Part shown: in pieces, positions 31,696 through 41,490 of the stretch
Layout of the letters: each line of letters starts with the position of its first letter
Numbering within the stretch: the first letter of the stretch is position 1
Source of the DNA: Anaerolinea sp.
Lineage (GTDB): Bacteria; Chloroflexota; Anaerolineae; Aggregatilineales; Phototrophicaceae
Length of the DNA: 59,746 bases
Assembly: GCA_046719465.1 (NCBI GenBank)
Contig: JBDNCV010000001.1
Location: 1 to 59,746, forward strand
Reading direction: 5' to 3'
Translations under genes and position numbers: made by a program
The notes under the pieces: model-generated
What the model was told of the DNA's origin: nothing
The model's input: the letters and a program-made list of their open reading frames with translations, nothing else
The model's database searches: none

Positions 31696-33120
31696 ATGAC
31701 TGAATTTCGTGAAGAAAAAGATACTTTAGGCGTCGTGCGCGTGCCAGTGGGGGCCTATTACGCCGCCCAGACGCAGCGCGCCGTCGAGAACTTCCCGGTG
31801 AGCGGGATGAAGCCGTGGCCTGCGTTCATCTGGAGCATGGCGACGATCAAGCGCGCCGCTGCGGAAGTCAACCGCGATTTGGGAGTGCTGGATGCGACGC
31901 TGGCCAACGCGATCATCCAAGCCGCGGATGAGGTGATTGCAGGCAAGTTCAACGAGCATTTTGTGGTCGATCCGTTCCAAGCGGGCGCTGGGACGAGCCA
32001 CAACATGAACACGAACGAGGTGATTGCCAACCGCGCGAACGAGATTTTGGGCTACCCGCTCGGCAGCCCGGGGAAGAAGCCCGTTGGGGCAAACGACCAT
32101 GTGAATATGGCGCAAAGCACCAACGACACCATCCCGACGGCAATTCGGCTGGGGGTGCTGTGGCGCTTCGACGAGTTGATCGAGACGCTCCAACATTTTG
32201 TGGACGTGACGCGCGCAAAGGCGAAGGAGTGGCAAGGTGTTGTCAAATCCGGGCGCACCCATCTGCAGGATGCTGTGCCGGTGCGCGTCGATCAAGAGGT
32301 GGGCGCATGGGCTAAGGCGATCGAGCGCAACATCGAGAAGCTGAAGGTGGCTGCGGAGGGGCTGCGCCGGTTGGGGATTGGCGGCACAGCGGCCGGCACA
32401 GGCCTGAACGCGCATCCGGAGTACCACGCCAAGATGGTCGAGGTCTTGCAGCGCATCACAGGTATCAAACTTTACACCTCGGATGACCTGTTTGAGTCGA
32501 TGCAGTCGATGCAGGATGCGGTGTTCTTCAGCGGGGCGATGCGCACAGTGGCGCAGGACTTCACGCGGATCGCCAACGACATCCGCCTGCTGAGCAGCGG
32601 CCCGACGACAGGCCTCGCTGAGATGACCTGCCCACCGGTGCAGCCCGGCTCGTCGATCATGCCCGGCAAAGTGAACCCTGTGCTGGCGGAGATGCTGAAT
32701 CAGGCGATGTTCCACATCATGGGCAACGACCACGCGGTGACGCTCTGCGCGCAGGCTGGCCAGCTTGAACTCAACGTGATGATGCCGATGATCGCCCACA
32801 ACCTGAACGAGATGATGCAGGTCATGATCGGTTCGGTGCGCGCCTTCACCGATAAGCTGATGGTCGGCCTTGAACTCAACCGCGAGCAGGCCACGGCTTG
32901 GCTGGCGCGCAACCCGATCCTTGTGACGGCATTGAACCCGATCATCGGCTATGAGAACGGGGCGGCGGTGGCCAAGAAGGCGCTCAAAGAAGGCAAGAGC
33001 GTCCGTGAGGTGGTGCTGGAGATGGGGTTGATGAGCGCTGAGGATCTCGATAAGGCGCTCGACCCAATGAAGATGACCGAGGGCGGCATTCAGGCGGGCG
33101 GCGGTGGCGGCGGCGGTTGA
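31696..33120 (+). CDS. aspA: Aspartate ammonia-lyase / class II fumarase superfamily enzyme (AspA-like)
   Basis: GRTHLQDAVP and GSSIMPGKVNP. QAGAGTS and QSTND are closer to AspA than to FumC (QTGSGT, QSSND). The superfamily is certain; the substrate is less so. Confidence 0.75.
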   Translation: MTEFREEKDTLGVVRVPVGAYYAAQTQRAVENFPVSGMKPWPAFIWSMATIKRAAAEVNRDLGVLDATLANAIIQAADEVIAGKFNEHFVVDPFQAGAGTSHNMNTNEVIANRANEILGYPLGSPGKKPVGANDHVNMAQSTNDTIPTAIRLGVLWRFDELIETLQHFVDVTRAKAKEWQGVVKSGRTHLQDAVPVRVDQEVGAWAKAIERNIEKLKVAAEGLRRLGIGGTAAGTGLNAHPEYHAKMVEVLQRITGIKLYTSDDLFESMQSMQDAVFFSGAMRTVAQDFTRIANDIRLLSSGPTTGLAEMTCPPVQPGSSIMPGKVNPVLAEMLNQAMFHIMGNDHAVTLCAQAGQLELNVMMPMIAHNLNEMMQVMIGSVRAFTDKLMVGLELNREQATAWLARNPILVTALNPIIGYENGAAVAKKALKEGKSVREVVLEMGLMSAEDLDKALDPMKMTEGGIQAGGGGGGG

Positions 33121-33145
33121 TCGCTGCGTCGGTTGCGGATCCAAT

Positions 33146-33171
33146 AGAGGGCTGGGCGACCAGCCCTTTTT
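33146..33171 (+). terminator. Rho-independent terminator after aspA
   Basis: AGGGCTGG-GCGA-CCAGCCCT followed by a T-tract. Confidence 0.75.
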
Positions 33172-33202
33172 GTATGATGATTTGTGCGAAAGAGTAGAAT
33201 CG

Positions 33203-33766
33203 ATGAAGCGAGACGAAGCATGGGAGCTGATGACCGAATATACCCACTCAGACAGCTTGCGGCGGCACATGCTGGCAGTGGAGGCGGCGATGCGCGCTTA
33301 TGCGCGGCGCTATGGTGAGGATGAGGAGTTGTGGGGTGTGGTGGGACTGCTGCACGACTTCGACTATGAGCGCTATCCCGATGTGGCAGTGGAGGGGCAT
33401 CCGGTCGTCGGCTCGAAAATCCTGCGCGAGCGCGGCGTGGACGAAACCATCGTGCGGGCGATCCTATCCCACGCGGAGGAAATCACGGGGGTTGTGCCTG
33501 AGTCGACGATGGAGAAGGCACTGGTGGCCGTCGATGAGCTAACCGGCTTCATCATCGCGGTGGCGCTGGTGCGCCCGTCTAAGAGCCTGCTTGACCTCGA
33601 AGTGAGCAGCATCAAGAAGAAGTGGAAGGACAAAGCGTTCGCCGCGCCGGTGGATCGTCAGGCGATTGCCGACGCCGCTGAACGGCTGGGCGTGCCGCTG
33701 GATGAACACATCGCCACCGTGTTGGAGGCGATGCGTTCGAATGCGACGGCGTTGGGGATGGCCTAA
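33203..33766 (+). CDS. HD-domain (HDIG-type) metal-dependent phosphohydrolase
   Basis: H.LAVEAAM, GLLHDFD, H, SH and DELTG.I.A.ALVRP, KKK.KDK.FA. Confidence 0.9.
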   Translation: MKRDEAWELMTEYTHSDSLRRHMLAVEAAMRAYARRYGEDEELWGVVGLLHDFDYERYPDVAVEGHPVVGSKILRERGVDETIVRAILSHAEEITGVVPESTMEKALVAVDELTGFIIAVALVRPSKSLLDLEVSSIKKKWKDKAFAAPVDRQAIADAAERLGVPLDEHIATVLEAMRSNATALGMA

Positions 33767-34818
33767 GCCCAGCGGACGTGCACCGGCGTCCCGATGGAGG
33801 CGAACTCAAAGAACCAGCGCGCTTCATCTGTCGGCAGGTTGACGCAGCCGCGGCTCATCGGCCTGCCGAAGTTGTTGTGCCAATACGTCCCATGTAGGGC
33901 GTAGCCCTGATAGAAGTAGAGGATGTAGGGCACGCCCGGCAGGTAGTAGCCCGGGCCAGACATGGGCGCGGAGGCATACTTAGCGTATACGCGGTAGTCA
34001 CCTTGCACGGTGGGCGTGGCGGGCAGTCCTGTGCTGGAAAGCACGGCGCGCATCAGCACCCCGTTCTCGTAGGCGTAGGTCATCTGGGTGCTGAGGATGA
34101 CGACGATCTCCCGCCCCACGCCCACGCGCGGCCCGGGGTCACCCTGCGCGGCGACGATGCGCCCGTCGTTGCTGGGGATGCGAAGGGTTGTGCCTGCTTC
34201 GATGCGGTTGGGGTCGGCGATCCCATTGGCGAGCGCCAGCGCTGTCCAGCTTACGTTGTAACGGCGCGCGATGAGCGAGAGCGTCTCCCCCGGGCGCACG
34301 ACGTGCGATCCGATGTAGCCAGCCGGGGCATCCGGCGCACTCTGAGCGACGGGGGCGGGGGCTGCCGCAGCGACGGCCTCCATGACGGCGGGGTTGGCCC
34401 CCGGGATGATTAACCGCTGGCCAGCAAAGATCGTGTTCGGGTTGCGGATGTTGTTGGCGGCGATGATGGCGTTCATGCTCACGCCGTAGCTGCGAGCGAT
34501 CATGCTGAGCGACTCGCCACGGGCGACGACGTGGGTTACTGTTTGCGTGGGCGCGTCGGTGGACGGCACGGCGTCCACAACGGGCTGCGGCGCGGCAGCA
34601 GGGGCAGCCCCCGGGATGATCAACACCGTGCCTGCGAAGATGCGCGAGGGGTTGGTAATGTTGTTGGCAGCCATCAGGTCGGCCATGCTCACGTTGTAGC
34701 GCTGGGCGATGCGAAAGAGCGTGTCCCCGCGCTGGATGGTGTAGGTGGTCTGCTCTTGAGCGAACGCTGCAAACGCGCTCAGACAGAAAATCACAAGCCA
34801 TAAAACCGCCAGTTTCAT
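33763..34818 (-). CDS. Secreted 3x LysM + L,D-transpeptidase (YkuD) protein
   Basis: Signal peptide (AFA), three G(D/E)(T/S)L..IA..Y.VS...L..AN.I..P LysM repeats, and catalytic ALHGTYWH...SRGCVN. Confidence 0.92.
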   Translation of the reverse strand: MKLAVLWLVIFCLSAFAAFAQEQTTYTIQRGDTLFRIAQRYNVSMADLMAANNITNPSRIFAGTVLIIPGAAPAAAPQPVVDAVPSTDAPTQTVTHVVARGESLSMIARSYGVSMNAIIAANNIRNPNTIFAGQRLIIPGANPAVMEAVAAAAPAPVAQSAPDAPAGYIGSHVVRPGETLSLIARRYNVSWTALALANGIADPNRIEAGTTLRIPSNDGRIVAAQGDPGPRVGVGREIVVILSTQMTYAYENGVLMRAVLSSTGLPATPTVQGDYRVYAKYASAPMSGPGYYLPGVPYILYFYQGYALHGTYWHNNFGRPMSRGCVNLPTDEARWFFEFASIGTPVHVRWA

Positions 34819-34909
34819 TTCTCTAACTTCCTTTCGGCATCCGCAAGCGGTGCGCATGAGTTCGCAACTCATTTTAATTATATCTTTGTTACATCAGCGG
34901 GCAACTAAA

Positions 34910-34929
34910 CGGGTGACAAATGTCACCCG
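34910..34929. promoter_or_regulatory. Perfect palindrome, candidate operator in a divergent promoter region
   Basis: CGGGTGACA-AA-TGTCACCCG. The 2-nt spacer is too short for an RNA hairpin loop, which favours a DNA operator. Confidence 0.5.
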
Positions 34930-35022
34930 CTGTGAGACACCCCCGGCTTTCGCTTAGAATTGCGTGCGGTTTTCTTTACCTGTAGAATCCACTAAAGCTG
35001 TTACTGGGGGAAGCACACCATC

Positions 35023-37140
35023 ATGCTGCTGCGTGCTTATCGCATTTCGGATCGTCTTGGGCTGGTTTTGATCAAAATCACCACGGAGCTGGCCGCGCTG
35101 CTGTGGGCCGCGGTGCGCGGCGTTGCGCGCTTGCTGCTGGCGCTGGCGCTGGGTCTGTTGATGGTGTTGGGGTTCATCGCGCGCACAGTGATCCGTTTTT
35201 TCAGCGCGACGGTACATCTAGTGGGGCGCGCAGCGCGGCCCATCGCCCGCCGAACGTGGTCAGCCGTGCGCACGCGAGCAGCGGGCGCCAGCCCTGCTGG
35301 CGTGGCGATGGCGCGGCGCGCTGCCAGCCGCGAGACAGCAGCGGTGAAAGTCGTGGAAGACCCGCTGAGAGCGCAAAACCGCCGACTGAGCGCGGCGGTG
35401 GTGGTGCTGGGGCTGGCGATGGTGGGCGTGCTGCTGTGGGCAACGGATCCCTCACGCACGCCGCCTGCGCCTGCGGTTGTCGCGGGCGCGCTGGTAGTTG
35501 ACCCGCTGGCGAACGCAACGGCCCCGGTGACGCCGGACACTGCCGCGAACGTGCTGGGGCTGCCCACACCGATCCCTGTAGCAACGCAGGTTCCGGTGGC
35601 GCTGCGCGGGGGCGGCACGATTGCCTACACCGTCCGCGAGAACGGCCAAACCGACCTCTGGTTGGTGGCGGTGGCGAATCGGCAGGCGATTCGCATCACC
35701 AACGACCTCACCGATGAGCGCGACCCTGCGTGGAGTCCCGATGGGACGCGCCTCGCGTATGCCTCGCGGCGTGATGGCAACTGGGAGATCTACGTCTTCG
35801 ACATGCTGACGCAGGAGACGACGCGCATCACCTTTGACTTGTCGTATCAGGGCAAGCCCAAGTGGTCGCCCGATGGTTTGTTCCTCGTGTATGAGAGCTA
35901 TCAGGGCAACAACCTAGATATCTACGCCGTGCCAGTGGACGGCAGCGCCCCCGCCACGCGCATCACCGATCACCCCGCGCCGGATTTCTCGCCCGCGTGG
36001 TCGAACGATGGGCGGCGCATCGCGTTTGTGAGCCTGCGCGATGGCAACCAAGACATCTACGTGTTCAACCTCGACACGCTGGAAGTCACCAATGTGACGA
36101 ATACGCCGCTGCGCAACGAGGATAACCCTGTGTGGTCACGCGATGATCGACAAATTGCCTTCAGCGCGTGGGATAACGGGGTGGAGAAGGTGTTTGTGAT
36201 GCCGTCGACCGGCGGGGAAGCCACAGCGGTGGCGTTTGGGCGCACGCCTGCATGGTCGCCTGATGGGTTGAGTTTGACCTTCGCCGCCGACAGCGTAGAC
36301 GGGCAGCAGAGCTTCCTCTACGCGCTGCCGTTGGGGGCGGGCGGCGGCATTCCCGCGGACATCATCAATGTGCCGCGCGGCGCGAGCAGCCCCACATGGT
36401 CGGAGCGGCCGATCCCGCCTGCGCTGCTGGCGGCAGGTCTCCCGCCGGGCAACCCGGAGCCGCTGTTTGTCGAACGCTCGGAGCGCAGCAGCGTAGGCGC
36501 GCCCTTCCGGCTTAGCCCGCTGCTGGACGTGCAAGCGCCGAGCGCTGTCCTGAGCGACGAGGTGAACGAATCGTTCAACGCCCTCCGGCGGCGGGTGTTC
36601 GAACTCAGCGGACGGGACTTCCTCGCTGTGTTGGACGACGCCTTCTGGGATTTGCAGCGTCTGCCTAACCCGGGTGAGCCGCGCCGAAGCTGGCACATGA
36701 CTGGGCGCGCTTTTGCGCTGCGCCGGACGGCCATCCTCGGCTTCCCGCCCGACGTGGAGATCATTCGCGAGCAGCGCGGCGTTGACACGGTGTGGCGCAT
36801 CATGCTGCGCGTGGCGGATAATGCCCAGTCTGGCCAGCTTGGGGAGCCGCTGCGGGCGATCCCGTGGGACTTCTTGAGCGCCAGCGGCACGGACGTTGAA
36901 GCGTACAATCAAGGTGGGCGCTACCGCTCCGAAGTGCCTGCTGGCTACTACATTGACCTGACACAGCTCGCGGAGGATTTCGGCTGGCTCCCGATGCCAG
37001 CCGGGTCGGACTGGCGGGCGAACGTGGCGCAGCGCAATTTCTGGATGTTCTACAAACCGGAAGGGTTGGAATGGTGCGAGGCGATGCTGCGCATCTACAC
37101 GCGGGGCGAGATGGTCAACTTCTGCGGTCAAGGGACGTAA
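35023..37140 (+). CDS. Membrane-anchored PD40 (TolB-like) propeller with a C-terminal M15-peptidase-like domain
   Basis: Hydrophobic/amphipathic N-terminus and TM helix, several P.WSPDG repeats, then C-terminal SWHMTGRAF, LAEDFGW and NFWMF motifs. Confidence 0.8.
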   Translation: MLLRAYRISDRLGLVLIKITTELAALLWAAVRGVARLLLALALGLLMVLGFIARTVIRFFSATVHLVGRAARPIARRTWSAVRTRAAGASPAGVAMARRAASRETAAVKVVEDPLRAQNRRLSAAVVVLGLAMVGVLLWATDPSRTPPAPAVVAGALVVDPLANATAPVTPDTAANVLGLPTPIPVATQVPVALRGGGTIAYTVRENGQTDLWLVAVANRQAIRITNDLTDERDPAWSPDGTRLAYASRRDGNWEIYVFDMLTQETTRITFDLSYQGKPKWSPDGLFLVYESYQGNNLDIYAVPVDGSAPATRITDHPAPDFSPAWSNDGRRIAFVSLRDGNQDIYVFNLDTLEVTNVTNTPLRNEDNPVWSRDDRQIAFSAWDNGVEKVFVMPSTGGEATAVAFGRTPAWSPDGLSLTFAADSVDGQQSFLYALPLGAGGGIPADIINVPRGASSPTWSERPIPPALLAAGLPPGNPEPLFVERSERSSVGAPFRLSPLLDVQAPSAVLSDEVNESFNALRRRVFELSGRDFLAVLDDAFWDLQRLPNPGEPRRSWHMTGRAFALRRTAILGFPPDVEIIREQRGVDTVWRIMLRVADNAQSGQLGEPLRAIPWDFLSASGTDVEAYNQGGRYRSEVPAGYYIDLTQLAEDFGWLPMPAGSDWRANVAQRNFWMFYKPEGLEWCEAMLRIYTRGEMVNFCGQGT

Positions 37141-37143
37141 GCC

Positions 37144-38409
37144 ATGCAGGGTCGTCAGGCGCTGCCTGTGCTGTTCGTTCTGTTGGTCATGGTGGGGACG
37201 TTCGTGGCGCTGGCGCTGCGCAACGCTGAATCGACGTTGAGCGTAACGCCGTTGGGCATCCCCACGCAGCCCTCCGCCACACCGCCAGAGAACCCGCTGA
37301 GCGCGCTGTTGAGCATGGGGCGCAGCACCGCGCTCCCGACTGTGCCGATCCCAGCGGTGCAGCCGACACAGCCCCAAGTGGCCCCGCCCGCGGTGACGCT
37401 TGCGCCAGTGAGCGCGTCAGACTTGATCGCAGGGACGCCGGACATCGTGGCCGAGGGCATTCTGCCCACGCCGATCCTGCCGACGCCCACGCTGGCCGAG
37501 GAACGCGCGCCCGCAACGGCGATCGCCGTCACTCGCCCGCCCACCAACTTCCAGCGGCCCCCGCTCATCCCGCCGATCTCGCGTGACCCGCTGGGGCGCG
37601 ATCATTACTGGCTGATGCGCCCGATTGACAGCAACGCTCAAAACTGGGTGTTGAGCGTCTACCCCTATGGCTCGGATGGCAACGACCCATCGAACCCGCT
37701 GCGGGTGCACCACGGGGTAGATATGCCAAACCCCGTGGGGACGGTCGTCCGCGCGGCGGGCAGCGGCACGGTGATCTACAGCGCAGATGGCCGGCTGGCG
37801 CAGACCGATATCTTCCAGAACTCGCCCAGCTACGGCAATGTGATCGTGATCCAGCATGACTTTGGCTACAACGGCATGTTCATCTGGACGCTCTACGCCC
37901 ATTTGTCCAGCGCGTTCGTCCGCGCGGGGGAGACCGTAACGGCGGGCCAGCCTATCGGGCAAGTGGGGCAGACCGGGCGCGTGACCGGGCCGCACCTGCA
38001 CTTTGAGGTGCGCTTGGGGCGGACGGAGGCCGATAACCGCTACGGCAGCACCTACAACCCAGTGTTGTGGATGGTTCCGTATGTGGGGACAGGGGTGATT
38101 GCGGGGGCGGTGCGCGACGCCAACGGGCGCTTCATCAACGACGCCGACATCACGATCCGTAACTACGCGACTGGCCAAGTCCAGACAACGACCACGACCT
38201 ACGTCTTCACCAACAGCGGCTTTGACGTCAACTCCGACCCAGTGTGGCAGGAGAACTTCGCCGTGACGGATATTCCAGTTGGGCGTTACAATGTGATCGC
38301 CACGATCAACGGCGAACGAATTGTGCGCCAAGTAACGGTGGTGGAGGGAACGACCGCGTTCGTGGAGCTGCGCCCATCACCGCCAGCAACGCCGACCAGC
38401 GGTGGGTAA
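37144..38409 (+). CDS. M23-family metallopeptidase with a C-terminal carboxypeptidase-regulatory-like domain
   Basis: N-terminal TM and Pro/Thr linker, HHGVD, YGN.I.I.H, YAHL and GPHLHFEVR. Confidence 0.9.
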   Translation: MQGRQALPVLFVLLVMVGTFVALALRNAESTLSVTPLGIPTQPSATPPENPLSALLSMGRSTALPTVPIPAVQPTQPQVAPPAVTLAPVSASDLIAGTPDIVAEGILPTPILPTPTLAEERAPATAIAVTRPPTNFQRPPLIPPISRDPLGRDHYWLMRPIDSNAQNWVLSVYPYGSDGNDPSNPLRVHHGVDMPNPVGTVVRAAGSGTVIYSADGRLAQTDIFQNSPSYGNVIVIQHDFGYNGMFIWTLYAHLSSAFVRAGETVTAGQPIGQVGQTGRVTGPHLHFEVRLGRTEADNRYGSTYNPVLWMVPYVGTGVIAGAVRDANGRFINDADITIRNYATGQVQTTTTTYVFTNSGFDVNSDPVWQENFAVTDIPVGRYNVIATINGERIVRQVTVVEGTTAFVELRPSPPATPTSGG

Positions 38410-38491
38410 GCGCCATGCAAAACACCCCAGACTTGGATATGCTGAAACGAACGACGCGGCGCCGTCCTAGACGTAACACACTCAAGGAGAC

Positions 38492-40627
38492 ATGCTCATG
38501 CGAAAATTAATAGCGATCCTCAGCCTGCTGCTGACGCTGGCGGTGGCCAGCCACGCGCAGGAGAGCGCGTTGATCCTGACACGGGGCACGCCTGCGACCA
38601 GCACGCTCAGCGCTGAAAATGTGGCGCGAGTGTTCTTCTTCGTGGCGGTGACAGGTGAAGAAGTGAACTTAGCAGCGGTTGGCGAGGACGATCTGGCGAT
38701 TGGCTTCATCGTCACCGCGGCGGATGGCACGATCTTGGCGCAGGCGCGCGAGGTCGAGGGTGAGCAGGCGCTGGCGGCCAACGTCGTTATCCCAACGACG
38801 GCGACTTACTTCGTGACGGTGTTCGCCATTGGCGAGCGCGGCGAGGGCAATTTCTCGCTGGTCTTGAACGGCGAAGGCGGCCTGCCTGCCTCAGCGGCCC
38901 CCACAGCCACCGTTGATGCGCCGACTGACGCAGCCACAGAGCCACCGACCGACACCACGCCGACCAGCGAAACCGGCTTTCAAGAGCCGCGCCAAGTCCT
39001 GTTAGGCAATGGGCTGCAAGTGAGCTTGGCGTGGACGGCCCCGGCTGACCTGAACCTTGAAGTGCGTGACCCGGTCGGCAACACGCTGTTCTTTGACTCG
39101 CGCACCAGCCCGATTGGCGGCAGCTTTGGCTTTGACGCCAACGGCTTCTGCCAAATCATCTCGCCCAACCCAGTTGAGACGGCGACGTGGCAGCCCGGCT
39201 TCTTGCCAACGGGCAACTATGAGATCTTGGTGTTCTACCGGCAGGCCTGCCAAACGCCAGAGCCAGTCGAGTTCACGATCACCGCGAGCGTGAACGGCGT
39301 CAACCTGCCGGTGCAGACGGCGACGCTGGCGCCGCCGCTCCCCGGCCAGAACAGCACGTATCTGACGAGTTTCCGCGTCAACGAGGACGGCACAGCGCAG
39401 TTCAACGCGGGCGGGGTCTACCCTGACAGCAGCCTGAACATTGTGGTGGCTCCCCCGTCGGAACTGGCGGCCGCTGCGCAGCCTATCACGCGCGGGGCGA
39501 CGATGGTTGGTTCAGTCACGCAGGCTAATTTCTTCCGTGTGTTCAGCTATGAGGCAGCGGCCAACGAAGTCGTCACCGCGCGCGCGACAGCCCTCAACGG
39601 CAGCCTTGATACGCTGCTGCAAGTGACGGATGCGAACGGCAACCTCGTCGCGGTCAACGATGACAGCAACAACAGCACCAACAGCGAAATCGTCGGCTTG
39701 CGCTTCGGCAATGCGGGGACATACTTCTTCATCGTGACGCGCTACGGGAAGGAAGTGGGCGGCACGGAAGGCGACTTCCGCTTTGAGCTGGAGGGGGCGG
39801 TCGCGCAGGTTCCGCCAGAAGTGCTGGCGCTCAATGTGCCGTTCGGCGATGTGCAAGTGTTCTTGACGTGGCGTTCGGGGGCGGATGTGCAGCTTCTCGT
39901 GCGCGACCCCGCTGGTGACTCGGTGTTTGACGATCAACTGCGCGTGGCCAGCGGCGGGCAGATGACGCTGCAAGGCAACATCAACTGCAACCGTGCGCCG
40001 GGGAACCCTGTCTCTTACATCTACTGGCCGACGGGTCTGCTGCGCCCGGGCAACTACGAGATCGACGTGTGGTATCAGAACCAGTGCAACGACTCAGCCA
40101 TTGTGGATGTGACGCTGACGATCATCGTGCGTGGGCAGTTGGTAACGGTGGAGAACCTGCGGATTCCGCTCAATCAGCACTACGTGATTGGCTTCAACGT
40201 GGCAGCGGATGGCTCAGCGCAGGCGCGGCAGGGGGGCTTCTCCTCAACGGATGTGACGCTGCTGCCGTGGCAGTCGCGCGCGGCCCAGCCCATCGCGCTC
40301 AATGTGCCGGTGTTCGGTCAGATTACTGACACCAACACGTTTAACGTCTACACGTTTGAGGGCACGGCAGGCCAGCGGGTGAGCATTTCAAGCATCGCCA
40401 CCTCGCCCACGCTGGACACGAAGCTGTTCTTGATCGGCCCTAATGGCTTGCAGCTGGCCGAGAACGACGACAGCGGCGTCGTCAGCCCGACCGTGCGGCG
40501 GACGGACGCGATCATCGCCAACGTGCTGCTGCCCGAAAATGGCACGTATACCGTCGTGGCGACGCGCTACGCGATGAACTTTGGCAACACGGTGGGCAGC
40601 TACTCGCTGACGGTGACGCTGAACTAG
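38492..40627 (+). CDS. Secreted multidomain protein with PPC (pre-peptidase C-terminal) and YfaP-like repeats
   Basis: Signal peptide (SHA-Q), LDT.L....G..(L/V)A.NDDS PPC motifs, and two LxW...AD..L.VRDP.G...GNYEI units; AAGGAG RBS. Confidence 0.75.
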   Translation: MLMRKLIAILSLLLTLAVASHAQESALILTRGTPATSTLSAENVARVFFFVAVTGEEVNLAAVGEDDLAIGFIVTAADGTILAQAREVEGEQALAANVVIPTTATYFVTVFAIGERGEGNFSLVLNGEGGLPASAAPTATVDAPTDAATEPPTDTTPTSETGFQEPRQVLLGNGLQVSLAWTAPADLNLEVRDPVGNTLFFDSRTSPIGGSFGFDANGFCQIISPNPVETATWQPGFLPTGNYEILVFYRQACQTPEPVEFTITASVNGVNLPVQTATLAPPLPGQNSTYLTSFRVNEDGTAQFNAGGVYPDSSLNIVVAPPSELAAAAQPITRGATMVGSVTQANFFRVFSYEAAANEVVTARATALNGSLDTLLQVTDANGNLVAVNDDSNNSTNSEIVGLRFGNAGTYFFIVTRYGKEVGGTEGDFRFELEGAVAQVPPEVLALNVPFGDVQVFLTWRSGADVQLLVRDPAGDSVFDDQLRVASGGQMTLQGNINCNRAPGNPVSYIYWPTGLLRPGNYEIDVWYQNQCNDSAIVDVTLTIIVRGQLVTVENLRIPLNQHYVIGFNVAADGSAQARQGGFSSTDVTLLPWQSRAAQPIALNVPVFGQITDTNTFNVYTFEGTAGQRVSISSIATSPTLDTKLFLIGPNGLQLAENDDSGVVSPTVRRTDAIIANVLLPENGTYTVVATRYAMNFGNTVGSYSLTVTLN

Positions 40628-40735
40628 GCTCCACGGGGCGATTCGCCGCGCCTAGCTCGAACTTGTAACTGGTGAAACGCCGCAAGCTTGCGTATACTTG
40701 CGGCGTTTCTGCTTGAATTGAGAAAGCGCCTCGAC

Positions 40736-41449
40736 ATGCGAGTGAAGTTTATTGTGCTGGTGGTGGTTGTCCTTGTGGTGGCGGCAGCGTGTGCGCCTGC
40801 GCCTGTGCTGCGTGACCCGGATGTGCTGCGCGACACCAGCCTTGTGACGGGCGACCCGTGCGAAGCCCCGTGCTTCCAAGGGATCACGCCCGGTGAAACC
40901 CCGTGGAACGTCGCGGTGACTCTCGTAGAAGACAACCGCTTGTTCAGCGGCTTTGAGCAGCCCGTGCTAGAGAACACCAGCGCCCGCGCGCTCGAGTTCA
41001 ACGCGGCGGCGACCAACAAGCGCTGCTGCGCGGTGTTCAGCGATGATGGCCGTGTTGTGACGTCGATCTTTGCGCTGGTGGCCCCCCAGATGACGTTGGG
41101 GCAGGTGATCGAGCGCTTTGGTGAACCAAGCTACTTGACTGGCGAGGGCATTGGGGACGATCAGGCGTCGATGGCGCTGGTCTTCCCTGATGTGCCGATG
41201 ATCGTGTATGTGTTCGCCGCTGGCTTGCAGAACGGCGTGCTGTCGGAATCGAGCGAGGTCTTCGCGCATGTGTACCTCACCGCAGACAACATGCGGCGCG
41301 CGCTTGAAGCCAGCTCGCTGTATGCGTGGCAGGGCTATGGCCCGGTCGCGCTCATGACAAGCGGCGACTTTGCGACAACCCCTGTGCCGGAAGAACTGCG
41401 CTTTGACGCAACCCCATCCGCAGAAGCGACTGCACAAACTGACAATTAA
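40736..41449 (+). CDS. Hypothetical lipoprotein
   Basis: Lipobox-like VAAAC; C..PCF.GITPGET and TLGQVI..FG.P motifs. Confidence 0.75.
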   Translation: MRVKFIVLVVVVLVVAAACAPAPVLRDPDVLRDTSLVTGDPCEAPCFQGITPGETPWNVAVTLVEDNRLFSGFEQPVLENTSARALEFNAAATNKRCCAVFSDDGRVVTSIFALVAPQMTLGQVIERFGEPSYLTGEGIGDDQASMALVFPDVPMIVYVFAAGLQNGVLSESSEVFAHVYLTADNMRRALEASSLYAWQGYGPVALMTSGDFATTPVPEELRFDATPSAEATAQTDN

Positions 41450-41490
41450 CCGTTACAATACGAGCATACCACGAGAGGGATAAGGGTTTT

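Noticed and set aside
33085-33120. Poly-Gly (GGC)n tail of AspA as a contingency locus
   Set aside because: A short, interrupted, in-frame trinucleotide run at the extreme C-terminus cannot switch phase.
31726-33270. 514-aa - strand ORF antisense to aspA; similar shadows over atpA, atpD, mreB, rel and prfB
   Set aside because: Fully overlaps a well-supported gene, and its His/Arg-rich composition is typical of antisense artefacts.
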